A DNA stretch of 64,000 nucleotides from the NCBI GenBank assembly GCA_964605735.1, contig CAZSDS010000001.1:340813-404812 (forward strand), in the 5' to 3' direction. The notes under the pieces are model-generated. The model was not told the origin of the DNA, ran no database searches, and was given only the letters and a program-made list of their open reading frames with translations. How positions within the stretch are numbered: the first letter of the stretch is position 1; each line of letters opens with the position of its first letter. Origin of the DNA: an uncultured Candidatus Saccharibacteria bacterium. GTDB lineage: Bacteria; Patescibacteriota; Doudnabacteria; UBA920; O2-02-FULL-48-8. Both the position numbers and the translations under genes were made by a program. Of this stretch, positions 29,053 to 38,403 are shown in pieces.

Positions 29053-29721
29053 TTATTCTTTGATTATGTTCGGAAAATCCGTAAACACTCCGTCCACGCC
29101 CATTCCCTTGGCAATCAGGTAATCATGGATGCTGTTAACAGTCCAAGCGAAAACCTTTACACCCAGGCGCCTCATGGATTTCATGTGCACCGGAGTGACC
29201 AAAGTATGAACCGGATGGATTGAGTAAAGATCTAACTGTTTGGCTACTGCCATCATGAATGGCCACATGTAGCCCATTTTTGGACCGATTATGAATCCCA
29301 GGGGGATTTTTCCGTCCAAAGCCCTAACCTTCTTCAAAACAACCGGGTTGTTTGAGGAGATTAAAACCTTGTGCGGAAAACTTTTCACGGCATCCAAAAC
29401 TGCTTGTTCCATGCCATCGACTTTCAGCTCCAAATTCAAAGGCAATTTTGCTGCCTGCAAAAATTCGTTCAGTTCTGGAATTTCACGGCCTTCTTTTTTG
29501 GAGATGTTCTTGACCTCCTCCAAAGTCAGGTCCGAAATTTTTCTGCGGTCGTCGTGCGTTCGGATTAGTGTGGGGTCGTGGATTATTACCACTTTACCAT
29601 CCTTGGTCAGGCGCAAATCCGCCTCAACCATCTGAACGCCCGCGTCGATTCCTGCTTGTAAAGAACCTATCGTGTTTTCCGGGGCCAAACCCGCGGCCCC
29701 GCGATGCCCGATAATCAGCAT
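29053..29721 (-). CDS. glycerophosphodiester phosphodiesterase inserted between rplC and rplD
   Basis: IGHRGA, PENT, EADL, HD, LELK, WTVN and GVFTDFP motifs. Confidence 0.93.
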   Translation of the reverse strand: MLIIGHRGAAGLAPENTIGSLQAGIDAGVQMVEADLRLTKDGKVVIIHDPTLIRTHDDRRKISDLTLEEVKNISKKEGREIPELNEFLQAAKLPLNLELKVDGMEQAVLDAVKSFPHKVLISSNNPVVLKKVRALDGKIPLGFIIGPKMGYMWPFMMAVAKQLDLYSIHPVHTLVTPVHMKSMRRLGVKVFAWTVNSIHDYLIAKGMGVDGVFTDFPNIIKE

Positions 29722-29722
29722 A

Positions 29723-30322
29723 TTAAACAGTCTGGATTTTGACCATTGCACCCGGTGCGCCAGGGATCGCTCCTTTAATCGCAATCAAATTCTTGGCTGT
29801 ATCTATATCAACAACTTCCAGATTCTTTACGGTTCTTGAACCGGCCATGTGGCCTGCCATGCGCAAACCTTTTCTGACGTGCTGTGGGAAGCGCATACCA
29901 ATGGAACCTACGGCGCGAGGGTGGTCGTGGCCGTGTGAAGCCGGCTGTCCGCCGAATCCATATCTCTTGATAGGCCCAGCAAAACCGCGCCCCTTCATCT
30001 GGGAAGTAACTTTCACAACATCGCCAACAGCAAAGGTGTCAACTTTGATTTCCTGTCCTTTTTCAAATTTGGCGTCAGCTGGAATTCTGAATTCAACAAG
30101 TCTGGCGAAATTCTTCATGCCCTTCAAGTGGCCTGCAGTAGCCTTGTTCTGGCTCTTCTTTTTGCCAAAGCCAACCTGCACTGCTGTGTACTTGTCCTTA
30201 TCAGCGGTTCTGACCTGGGTAACCTTAACTGGAGATGCCTTCAAAATCGTAACAGGAACGACTTTGCCGTCCTTGTTGAAGATTTGAGACATATGAAGTT
30301 TTTCTGCGACGATGAATTTCAT
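29723..30322 (-). CDS. rplC: 50S ribosomal protein L3
   Basis: KGRGFAG, ASHG, MAGHM and KGAIPG motifs. Confidence 0.97.
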   Translation of the reverse strand: MKFIVAEKLHMSQIFNKDGKVVPVTILKASPVKVTQVRTADKDKYTAVQVGFGKKKSQNKATAGHLKGMKNFARLVEFRIPADAKFEKGQEIKVDTFAVGDVVKVTSQMKGRGFAGPIKRYGFGGQPASHGHDHPRAVGSIGMRFPQHVRKGLRMAGHMAGSRTVKNLEVVDIDTAKNLIAIKGAIPGAPGAMVKIQTV

Positions 30323-30339
30323 AAAAGCTTGTTGCATTT

Positions 30340-30560
30340 ATTTGGATAAACAAAAACCGATCAGATCCTTCTCTCTTTTCTCCGTATCCGGAGCAAGAGC
30401 AGAACCTAAGCGGTTCATGTAAACGAGGATGCATTTGTTTCCTGCTGACTAGGCAGAAGATATTCTTTTTTGATCTCCTGAGGTTATATGTTGCTTTTTG
30501 CCGGTTTCCGGCGTGGCCGGACCAGGCGCAGTCTGCGTATTAACCTGTGGAATTTAACAA
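30340..30560 (-). promoter_or_regulatory. candidate structured leader RNA upstream of rplC
   Basis: About 260-nt rpsJ-rplC spacer with hairpins gccgg-aaa-ccggc, gaacc-gctta-ggttc and ctcttgctccg-gata-cggagaaaagag. Confidence 0.45.
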
Positions 30561-30582
30561 ACGGAACCCAAAAACCCAAACT

Positions 30583-30903
30583 TTACATTTTAATCTCTAC
30601 ATCAACACCTGCCGGGAGGTTCAAATTTGAGAGGGCATCAATGGTCTTAGGTGTCGGGGTTGAGATATCAATCAATCTTTTGTGAACGCGCATTTCGAAT
30701 TGTTCGCGGGCATTCTTGTGGACGAAGGTCGAGCGAAGCACCGTATATTTGGTCTTTTCAGTCGGCAAAGGCACAGGACCAATGACTCCAGCCCCGGTTC
30801 GCTTTGCAGTGTCTACAATCTGTCGAGCGGACTGGTCAATGAGCTTATGGTCATAGGCTCTGATTTTGATTCTTATTCTGGCTGTATCGGTTGCCTGCGG
30901 CAT
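30583..30903 (-). CDS. rpsJ: 30S ribosomal protein S10
   Basis: [16 protein letters not shown] and [10 protein letters not shown] motifs. Confidence 0.98.
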   Translation of the reverse strand: MPQATDTARIRIKIRAYDHKLIDQSARQIVDTAKRTGAGVIGPVPLPTEKTKYTVLRSTFVHKNAREQFEMRVHKRLIDISTPTPKTIDALSNLNLPAGVDVEIKM

Positions 30904-30912
30904 ATATCGAAA

Positions 30913-30984
30913 TGTGGATAACTAAGTTATAAACTGGTTATTAAACAACTTTGATATTCTAAACGATTTTGCTTAAAAAGTCAA
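30913..30984 (-). promoter_or_regulatory. rpsJ promoter with a DnaA box in the 5' UTR
   Basis: TTGACT(30984-30979)-17-TAGAAT(30961-30956); TTATCCACA at 30921-30913. Confidence 0.7.
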
Positions 30985-31074
30985 TTCTCCCCGCTAAAAT
31001 TGTCCAACAAGCTGTGGAAAACCCCCTTTTTGCTAAGAAAATTGCTTATTTCTAAGCCATTTTTTCAAGAAAAT

Positions 31075-31100
31075 CCCTCCCTTTCGGGAGAAAGGGAGGG
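31075..31100 (-). terminator. terminator after tuf
   Basis: ccctcccttt-cgggag-aaagggaggg hairpin. Confidence 0.75.
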
Positions 31101-31108
31101 AACTTTTC

Positions 31109-32290
31109 TTATTTGTTGATCTTCAATACCACTCCAGCACCTACGGTGTGACCGCCTTCGCGAACTGCGAAGCGCATCTTTTCTTCCAAAGCAACTGGGG
31201 TAATAAGTTTGATGTTCAAGGTAACGGTGTCACCCGGCATGACCATTTCCTGGCCTTCTGGGAGGATAACTTCACCGGTTACGTCAGTGGTTCGGATGTA
31301 GAACTGAGGCTTGTATCCCTTGAAGAAAGGAGTGTGGCGTCCGCCTTCTTCCTTGGTCAAGATATATACTTCAGCTTCAAATTCAGTGTGAGGAGTAACT
31401 GATCCTGGCTTTGCCAAAACCTGTCCGCGTTCAACATCTTCCTTTTTTGTACCACGGAGCAAAATACCTGCGTTGTCACCAGCTTGACCCTTGTCCAACT
31501 GCTTGTTGAACATTTCGATACCAGTCACAACAGTCTTGGTGGTTGGGCGGATACCAACGATTTCGATTTCATCGTTAAGGTTGATAACGCCTCTTTCAAT
31601 ACGGCCGGTAACTACGGTACCGCGGCCTTCAATTGAGAAGATGTCTTCGATAGGCATCAAGAAAGGCTTGTCAGTTTCTCGAACTGGGTCTGGGATGTAA
31701 GTATCAAGAGCTTCAACCAGTTTGGTGATTGATTCTTCGTACTTGGCATCGCCTTCGATAGCCTTCAAAGCGGATCCACGGATAATAGGTGTTTCTTTTC
31801 CTGGGAATCCGTATTTGGTCAAAAGATCGCGGACTTCTTCTTCAACCAAGTCCAAAAGCTCTGGATCTTCAACCATATCGCACTTGTTGAGGTAAACAAC
31901 AATGTATGGAACGCCGACCTGCTTTGCGAGCAAAATGTGTTCGCGGGTCTGAGGCATTGGGCCGTCAGCAGCAGACACAACCAAGATGGAGCCGTCCATT
32001 TGGGCAGCACCGGTGATCATGTTCTTAATGTAGTCAGCGTGACCTGGACAGTCGACGTGAGCGTAGTGGCGCTTGTCAGACTGGTACTCGACGTGAGTGG
32101 TATTGATGGTAATACCACGAGCCTTTTCTTCTGGAGCGTTGTCGATTTGTGCGTAGTCGCGCTCCTGGGCAAAACCCTTCTTAGCCAAAACGTGGGTGAT
32201 GGCGGCAGTCAAAGTGGTCTTACCATGGTCAACGTGACCGATGGTACCGACGTTGACGTGCACTTTGGAACGGTCAAATTTGTCAGCCAT
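31109..32290 (-). CDS. tuf: elongation factor Tu
   Basis: [16 protein letters not shown] and NKCD motifs; start MADKFDRSK preceded by AAGGA. Confidence 0.99.
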   Translation of the reverse strand: MADKFDRSKVHVNVGTIGHVDHGKTTLTAAITHVLAKKGFAQERDYAQIDNAPEEKARGITINTTHVEYQSDKRHYAHVDCPGHADYIKNMITGAAQMDGSILVVSAADGPMPQTREHILLAKQVGVPYIVVYLNKCDMVEDPELLDLVEEEVRDLLTKYGFPGKETPIIRGSALKAIEGDAKYEESITKLVEALDTYIPDPVRETDKPFLMPIEDIFSIEGRGTVVTGRIERGVINLNDEIEIVGIRPTTKTVVTGIEMFNKQLDKGQAGDNAGILLRGTKKEDVERGQVLAKPGSVTPHTEFEAEVYILTKEEGGRHTPFFKGYKPQFYIRTTDVTGEVILPEGQEMVMPGDTVTLNIKLITPVALEEKMRFAVREGGHTVGAGVVLKINK

Positions 32291-32302
32291 TGTATTCCTT
32301 GG

Positions 32303-32484
32303 GCACGTACAGCTTCTTAGGCTTGTCATTCTGATCTAAGCGAAACCTGCCTATATTGTGGCGGTCTCTCCTGTCTTTGCAGACAGATTTAGCCAAGTTC
32401 AGGATGACTCCAAAACCTTAAAAGCCTCTGTGCGAGTTAATTTATAAGCTTACTAATTATAAGAGAAATCCTTGAATATTGCAA
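32303..32484 (-). promoter_or_regulatory. tuf promoter and long structured 5' leader
   Basis: TTGCAA(32484-32479)-17-TATAAT(32461-32456); leader folds into a long stem with two inner hairpins. Confidence 0.6.
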
Positions 32485-32646
32485 GGATAATTTCTCTTGC
32501 AGTAAAAGCGCCGCTTGTTTCCAAGAAGCCGCTATATAGTAATATTTTCATCCGACATCGTCAACTATAGACCTAAGGCGCGCTCTTTTTTGTTTTGACA
32601 CCAGTCGTTCAACTGGTTTATGCTTCCAGGCATAAGGAGGGTCCTT

Positions 32647-32949
32647 ATGGGAGATTTCGGAACTTTTGTCTTGATGCTTGTGGTGACATCCGGCCTCGGC
32701 TACAGGTCAGTTCAGCTCGATTGTCTAGCTGAACGGGGCCAGCTGGAGAACATCTCACGGGCAAACAAGCTTGCCGGCATGTTCCAAATCTGCATGGTGT
32801 TGACGGTGGCCACAAGCATCAAAATGTGCTACAGCCACATCGCTGACACAGTTCTGATGGCTGTTGCCATGAGCGCTTTGGTGGCTGTCGAAATCTTCTC
32901 CCTGTGGTTCTACGCCATTCGTGGCGTGGTCCTCGACTACGAACCATGA
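32647..32949 (+). CDS. orphan 3-TM membrane protein (self-contained cassette)
   Basis: TTGACA(32595)-18-TATGCT, AAGGAGG SD, ATG 32647; terminator gacctgcc/ggcaggtc+T7 at 32961-32991. Confidence 0.75.
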   Translation: MGDFGTFVLMLVVTSGLGYRSVQLDCLAERGQLENISRANKLAGMFQICMVLTVATSIKMCYSHIADTVLMAVAMSALVAVEIFSLWFYAIRGVVLDYEP

Positions 32950-33020
32950 CCCGCTCTCATGACCTGCCCCGTCCCTGGCAGGTCTTTTTTTCTGAATAAC
33001 ATCGCAACCATAGTGGACGC

Positions 33021-33053
33021 AAAAAAACAAGCCCTTCGCAGGGGCTTGTTTTT
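33021..33053. terminator. terminator after fusA
   Basis: aaaaacaagccc-ttcgcag-gggcttgttttt hairpin. Confidence 0.85.
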
Positions 33054-33056
33054 AGT

Positions 33057-35180
33057 TTAGCTTACTTGACCGACGCGCTGTTTGCCTGCGCCTTCAATGA
33101 TCTTTTCAGCAACATTTCTTGGGACTTCTTCGTAGTGGTCGAATTCCATGGTGTATGAGGCCTGACCCTGGGACATGGATCGGATCTGTGTTGCGTATCC
33201 GAACATTTCAGCCAACGGCACTTCCGCATCCACAACCTTCAGGTTGCCGCGGTCAGTCATTTCGTTGATTTTGCCGCGCTTTGCATTCAAGTCACCAATC
33301 ACATCACCTAAAGATGACTCAGGAGTCAAAACTTCAACTTTCATGATCGGTTCAAGCAATACTGGAGTTGCTTTTCTCACGCCTTCCTGGAAAGCCTGTG
33401 ATCCGGCAATTTTGAATGCGATTTCAGATGAGTCAACTTCGTGGTATGAGCCGTCTGTCAAAGTCACTTTTGCGTCAATCAACGGATATCCGGCAATAAC
33501 GCCTCGTTCTGTTGCTTCCTTGATACCCTTTTCAACGGCCGGGATATATTCTCGAGGAATGACACCGCCAACGATTTCGTTAACGAATTCAAAACCTTTG
33601 CCAGCTTCATTAGGTTCAACAGTGATGACAACGTGTCCGTATTGTCCGCGCCCACCGGTCTGTCTGATGTATTTGTGTTCTGCTTCAGCTTTGCCTTTGA
33701 TGGTTTCGCGGTAAGCAACCTGCGGTCTGCCGACATTCGCTTCAACTTTAAACTCGCGCTTCATGCGGTCAACCAGAATTTCCAAATGCAATTCACCCAT
33801 GCCGGAAATCAATGTCTGGTTAACTTCTTCGTCAGTCTTAACTTTGAAGGTTGGGTCTTCTTCAGCCAGTTTTTGCAAAGCAATGCCCATTTTTTCCTGG
33901 TCTGCCTTGGTCTTAGGCTCAATAGCTACGGAAATGACCGGCTCTGGGAATTTAATGGCTTCCAGCTGGATTGGGCTGTCCACTGCACAAAGCGTATCGC
34001 CAGTGAAAGTTTCCTTTGGCCCTACCAATGCAGCAATATCTCCGGCATACACTACTTTAACGTCTTCACGTTTGTCAGCATGCATTCGGACAATGCGCCC
34101 TACGCGCTCTTTGTTGCCGCTTCTTGTGTTCAAAACGTATGAACCTGCTTCCAGTTTGCCGCTGTAAACGCGGAAGAAAGCAAGTTTACCCACGAATGGG
34201 TCAGTCGCAATTTTAAATGCCAACGCAGTAAGAGGCTCTGAGTCAGATGGCTTTCTAACAATGGCTTCTCCGGTCTTTGGGTTGGTGCCTTTGATGTCGC
34301 CGCGGTCAACCGGACTTGGCAGGAAGTTGGTCACTCCGTCAAGCAGGGTTTGTACAATAATACCGCGTCCGTCTCCGCCGAATACCGGGAAGAAAGTGCC
34401 GGATTGGGTTGATTTTCTGATTGCGGACAAAAACTCCTGCTCAGTCAATTCTTCCCCACCGAGATACTTTTCCATCAAGGCGTCATCCGATTCAACAACT
34501 TTCTCCATCAGCCTCTGGCGGTATTCTTTTGCCTTCTCAAGCATGTCAGCCGGGATTTCCCCCACTGTAAAGTCGCGGTCAGAAAATTCCTTGTAGGTGT
34601 AAGCCTTCATGGAAACCAGGTCAACCACGCCGCAAATATCCTTTTCAAATCCAATTGGCAATTGCACAGGATAGGCGTTTGGTGACAATCGCTTGTGGAT
34701 TGCATCCAGGGACTTATAAAAGTCGCCGCCGGTTTGGTTGATTTTGTTGACGAAGCACATACGAGGCACGCCGTACTTGTCAGCCTGGCGCCACACGGTT
34801 TCGGACTGAGGTTCAACGCCCATCTTGCCGTCAAAAACCACAATAGCACCATCAAGCACGCGCAAAGAACGCTCCACTTCCACAGTGAAGTCTACGTGTC
34901 CAGGCGTATCGATAATGTTGATCTTGTGCTTAACGTCGCCTCCAAGCTTAATGTACTTGGGGATCCAGAAACAGGTAACAGCTGCCGCAGTAATGGTAAT
35001 GCCGCGTTCGCGTTCCTGTTCCATCCAGTCAGTGGTGGTTGCGCCCTCGTGTACCGCGCCAATCTTATGAGTCAGCCCGGTGTTGTATAGAATACCTTCG
35101 GTAGTTGTGGTTTTACCTGCGTCAATGTGCGCGATAATCCCGATGTTACGCGTGGATTCTATTGGATATTCTCTAGCCAT
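33057..35180 (-). CDS. fusA: elongation factor G
   Basis: [24 protein letters not shown] and YHEVDSS motifs. Confidence 0.99.
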   Translation of the reverse strand: MAREYPIESTRNIGIIAHIDAGKTTTTEGILYNTGLTHKIGAVHEGATTTDWMEQERERGITITAAAVTCFWIPKYIKLGGDVKHKINIIDTPGHVDFTVEVERSLRVLDGAIVVFDGKMGVEPQSETVWRQADKYGVPRMCFVNKINQTGGDFYKSLDAIHKRLSPNAYPVQLPIGFEKDICGVVDLVSMKAYTYKEFSDRDFTVGEIPADMLEKAKEYRQRLMEKVVESDDALMEKYLGGEELTEQEFLSAIRKSTQSGTFFPVFGGDGRGIIVQTLLDGVTNFLPSPVDRGDIKGTNPKTGEAIVRKPSDSEPLTALAFKIATDPFVGKLAFFRVYSGKLEAGSYVLNTRSGNKERVGRIVRMHADKREDVKVVYAGDIAALVGPKETFTGDTLCAVDSPIQLEAIKFPEPVISVAIEPKTKADQEKMGIALQKLAEEDPTFKVKTDEEVNQTLISGMGELHLEILVDRMKREFKVEANVGRPQVAYRETIKGKAEAEHKYIRQTGGRGQYGHVVITVEPNEAGKGFEFVNEIVGGVIPREYIPAVEKGIKEATERGVIAGYPLIDAKVTLTDGSYHEVDSSEIAFKIAGSQAFQEGVRKATPVLLEPIMKVEVLTPESSLGDVIGDLNAKRGKINEMTDRGNLKVVDAEVPLAEMFGYATQIRSMSQGQASYTMEFDHYEEVPRNVAEKIIEGAGKQRVGQVS

Positions 35181-35251
35181 AAATTAGGTTAATAACTTGA
35201 TTTTTTAAATGATTTGATATATATTGGTTCGATTGATAAAAGGAGGTGTGA

Positions 35252-35497
35252 GTGAAACGGATCTCATCGGTTCTGGCTGTTGTCGGGCTGGTTCTTACCC
35301 TGGTTTGGGTCCTGAATGACCCAATGGATGAAGAAACTGCCCTGTTCCGGTCCGGAGCATCAACTGAAGAAGTTCTGGCCGCACGGGAGACTTACGTCCC
35401 GCCGGAACGACCGACTTGGATGCTGATCGCCGGAATCGCTTTGATGATTCCGCTCGGCTTCTCGTTTCTGCGCCGGCAACTCGATCACCGGCGCTGA
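35252..35497 (+). CDS. orphan 2-TM membrane protein, antisense between rpsG and fusA
   Basis: TTGATT(35197)-17-TATATT, AAGGAGGTG SD, GTG start; terminator tgggtgtgcaa/ttgcacaccca+T7. Confidence 0.75.
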   Translation: MKRISSVLAVVGLVLTLVWVLNDPMDEETALFRSGASTEEVLAARETYVPPERPTWMLIAGIALMIPLGFSFLRRQLDHRR

Positions 35498-35537
35498 AAA
35501 ACCGATCTTGGGTGTGCAACTTTGCACACCCATTTTT

Positions 35538-36023
35538 TTATCGTCTCTGGAATCTTGCGAAGTGAGCGAATGCCTTGTTGGCTTCAGCCATCTTGTGCAC
35601 GTCTTCTCGCTTCTTAATAGCCGCTCCAAGCTTGTTGTATGCTTCCATCAATTCTTCGCCGAGCTTTTCAGCCATTGGCTTGCCCTTTTTGCTTCGGGCA
35701 GCAACAATAATCCATTTCATACCCAAAGAAGTTTTTCTTGGTTCCATAACTTCCATAGGGACCTGATAGTTGGCGCCACCGATTCGGCGGCCCTTAACTT
35801 CCAATATTGGGGAAACGTTTTTGATTGCCTGTTCGAAAACCGCTTTTGGGTCAGTCTTCATTTTTTCTTCAATAAAATCCAAAGCTCCGTAAACAATCCT
35901 CTGGGCGGTTGATTTCTTTCCGCGTTCCATAATGTAGTTTATGAACTTGGAAATCTTTACGGAATTGTACTTTATGTCTGGGTTAACCGGATGTTTCTTG
36001 TATGCTCTTGCTTTTCTTGGCAT
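35538..36023 (-). CDS. rpsG: 30S ribosomal protein S7
   Basis: [16 protein letters not shown] and [10 protein letters not shown] motifs. Confidence 0.98.
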   Translation of the reverse strand: MPRKARAYKKHPVNPDIKYNSVKISKFINYIMERGKKSTAQRIVYGALDFIEEKMKTDPKAVFEQAIKNVSPILEVKGRRIGGANYQVPMEVMEPRKTSLGMKWIIVAARSKKGKPMAEKLGEELMEAYNKLGAAIKKREDVHKMAEANKAFAHFARFQRR

Positions 36024-36027
36024 TGCT

Positions 36028-36441
36028 TTATGCTTTCTTTACTCCGTACTTACTTCGGCTGCGCTTTCGACCTTCTACGCCGGCGGCATCAAGTTTGCCA
36101 CGAACAATGTGATAGCGGACACCTGGCAAGTCTTTTACACGACCGCCGCGGATCATGACTACGCTGTGTTCCTGCAGGTTGTGGCCAATGCCTGGGATGT
36201 ATGCCAGAACTTCCATGCCGTTTGTCAAACGGACACGGGCAACTTTTCTGATAGCTGAGTTTGGCTTCTTAGGGGTAACTGTATAAACACGAACACAGAC
36301 ACCGCGCTTGAACGGAGTGCCTTTGTCAAAAGTGAACGGACGGTTCTTAAGCAGGTTCAAACCGCGCTGGAGAGCAGGGCTCTTTGAGCGGGAAGTCTGT
36401 TTTGTTCGTCCTTTTCGAACTAATTGGTTAACTGTAGGCAT
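36028..36441 (-). CDS. rpsL: 30S ribosomal protein S12
   Basis: TPKKPNSA and [12 protein letters not shown] motifs. Confidence 0.98.
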   Translation of the reverse strand: MPTVNQLVRKGRTKQTSRSKSPALQRGLNLLKNRPFTFDKGTPFKRGVCVRVYTVTPKKPNSAIRKVARVRLTNGMEVLAYIPGIGHNLQEHSVVMIRGGRVKDLPGVRYHIVRGKLDAAGVEGRKRSRSKYGVKKA

Positions 36442-36511
36442 TTATAATGGACCTTAAAATTACTGAATAATGGTTTACGAATATCTTTGAAGTGCGACCA
36501 GAACAAATTTT

Positions 36512-36623
36512 AGGCAAACAAAAACGGCATCTGCCTTGCCGCAACTCGAACACAAGGAGAAATCAGCCTCTAGATTGTTTACCGTTACTGGCTTAAATTA
36601 ACAGGTTTTTCAGGTTTTGTCAA
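36512..36623 (-). promoter_or_regulatory. rpsL promoter and leader with an internal terminator-like hairpin
   Basis: TTGACA(36623-36618)-17-TAATTT; cggca-aggcaga-tgccg-tttttgttt in the leader. Confidence 0.55.
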
Positions 36624-36775
36624 ATGTTCGGGCGCAAGACTGGGCACAAAGCGCCAGCATTGACAAAATGGCCAAAATATGCCATTATTGTGTGTTACGA
36701 GAATAAATAAGGAACGCGGTCGGACACCTTCGTTTGCTTGTCTAGCGCTCTGTACTGGGACTACAGGAGGAATGA

Positions 36776-37129
36776 ATGTCAGACGAAAAACTCAAAGCAG
36801 CGTCCAGTGAAATTTCTGAAATTCTCAGGAAGGCTGAATTACCGCCGGCGGATGAAATCCTGGCACTGGTAATTGCCAGTATCGTGGTAGTCAATCGTCA
36901 TATGGAGTCAGCGCAGCGAGCAGGGGATGACGAGTTTCTCCGCATGATGCGACGAACGCTCCACGCCCTACCTGAATCAATCACGCAGTTTATCCAGGCG
37001 TGGCAACTGGGCAGGACCAATCAAGCCACTGCTTCGGCTGGGGACCTCATTCGGCAGAAGTTCGACCACATCTTGCGGGACTCGAAGGAAATCGACACCA
37101 GACGTCGAATCTTCATGAGCCGAAGATGA
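36776..37129 (+). CDS. orphan helical protein (self-contained cassette)
   Basis: TTGACA(36660)-17-CATTAT, about 85-nt leader, AGGAGG SD; bidirectional terminator at about 37136-37175. Confidence 0.75.
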   Translation: MSDEKLKAASSEISEILRKAELPPADEILALVIASIVVVNRHMESAQRAGDDEFLRMMRRTLHALPESITQFIQAWQLGRTNQATASAGDLIRQKFDHILRDSKEIDTRRRIFMSRR

Positions 37130-37188
37130 TCTAACAAAAAACCGGCAGGTGCGCAATGCGTCTGCCGGTTTTTCTTTTTGCAAAAAAT

Positions 37189-37830
37189 TTATCTAAATGA
37201 GAAAGAGGTATCCCCTGTTATTAAACCAAACAGGAATATCACAGGCGGAAGTAAAACTGAAGCCAGAAACCCAGGTACCATCAAAATAATGATGATCAGG
37301 AAAAACCCAAAGCGCTCAAGCTCCAGCAATCGATACATTAAATTATGGTCAATATACCCCAAGATGCTGGCCAAAACTTTTGACCCATCAAGCGGCGGAA
37401 CCGGCAACATGTTAAATACGGCCAGGACCAGGTTAACGGTAATTGTTTGAACAAGCAAGTACTCGCCCATTTCTGACAAACCAGGAGTCAGACGATAAAC
37501 AATTCCAGCCAGAATTGCCAAAACCAAGTTGGTCAGTGGTCCGACAATCGTCACCAAAAACATGTCCCGCCTGATGTCGCTTAGGTTGTTGTAGTTAACC
37601 GGCACTGGCTTGGCTGCCCCTAAAATCGGCAGGCCAGCCAAAGCCAGCAAAGCTGGCAGAACAATTGAACCAAATAAATCTATATGCGGAATGGGATTCA
37701 GTGTCAGTCGGCCCATGTATTTGGCAGTGGGATCACCAAGCCTAAATGCCATCAGCCCGTGCGCAACCTCATGGAAAATGACTGAGAATAATAAAATTAC
37801 AATAAATATGCCAATTGATACGATATCCAT
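37189..37830 (-). CDS. site-2 protease (M50 family)
   Basis: HEVAH, TLNPIPHID and FNMLPVPPLDG motifs; start MDIVSIG. Confidence 0.93.
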   Translation of the reverse strand: MDIVSIGIFIVILLFSVIFHEVAHGLMAFRLGDPTAKYMGRLTLNPIPHIDLFGSIVLPALLALAGLPILGAAKPVPVNYNNLSDIRRDMFLVTIVGPLTNLVLAILAGIVYRLTPGLSEMGEYLLVQTITVNLVLAVFNMLPVPPLDGSKVLASILGYIDHNLMYRLLELERFGFFLIIIILMVPGFLASVLLPPVIFLFGLITGDTSFSFR

Positions 37831-37869
37831 ACTCCAGGTGTTTTTTAATATTGATAAAAGCTCATATGT

Positions 37870-38024
37870 TGTGGCGAAGCGGGTGCTGATGGCAGGGATT
37901 GTCGCAGGCACTCTACTGCCGTGACCAAGCAGCGAACCACCGTAGAGGAGTCCTGACAAAGTCGGGATTATATAATATTGCAGTTCGACTGCGTGCCCCA
38001 ACAGCAGCGAGCGCACAGCCACCT
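37870..38024. ncRNA. candidate structured ncRNA (6S-like rod or cis-regulatory leader; strand uncertain)
   Basis: GC-rich spacer closed by gtggc/gccac, gcg/cgc, tgctg/cagca, ggca/tgcc, with inner ttgtc/gacaa and ctctac/gtagag. Confidence 0.5.
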
Positions 38025-38125
38025 CAAGCATTGACTGCTTTTAGCAATTATGCTATCATTTGCAGGTGCTTCAAACGCTCTCTAAATCATAACGACATTT
38101 TAATTGTTTAACAAGGAAATTATCC

Positions 38126-38314
38126 ATGCGCAAATGTACAGTTTGCGGCAAGGGCTACTCAAACACTGTTAAGCGCTCTCACTCAATGCAAGCCACCAAG
38201 TACCGCTTGTACCCTAACCTGCAATGGTTGAAACTCGACCATGGCCAGAGAGTGAAAGCTTGCACCAAGTGCATCAAGGCTCACAGCAGAAAATTAGCCA
38301 AAGTCGCCGTCTAA
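38126..38314 (+). CDS. rpmB: 50S ribosomal protein L28
   Basis: CTVCGKG, RSHS, PNLQ and CTKCIK motifs; promoter TTGACT(38031)-17-TATCAT. Confidence 0.93.
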   Translation: MRKCTVCGKGYSNTVKRSHSMQATKYRLYPNLQWLKLDHGQRVKACTKCIKAHSRKLAKVAV

Positions 38315-38403
38315 AAATCCCTTCAGCAAAAAAGCTCGATAGGGATTTTTTGTTGTGCGCATGCTATATTGTTCAAACGCCGGCAATTTTTTATAATACG
38401 AAC

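Noticed and set aside
30900-31100. Replication origin near rpsJ
   Set aside because: Only one perfect and one near-perfect DnaA box, no dnaA/dnaN nearby and no switch in gene strand bias.
32291-32329. N-terminal extension of EF-Tu, and similar extensions of the M50 protease, RnfD-FNR, AI-2E, metG, rpsN and STAS ORFs
   Set aside because: These are longest-ORF artefacts. Downstream ATGs match family N-termini and promoter or SD positions.
32500-32592. Weak hairpin (agcgcc/ggcgcgct plus T-run) between the tuf and orphan promoters
   Set aside because: The pairing is short and interrupted and cannot be told from chance by eye.
37900-37960. Twister, hammerhead, ZTP riboswitch or RNase P resemblance in the 37.9-kb element
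   Set aside because: Only partial motifs. It lacks the twister UAA cleavage site and T1 pairing, has CUGAUGG without GAAA, and has no GAGGAAAGUCC.
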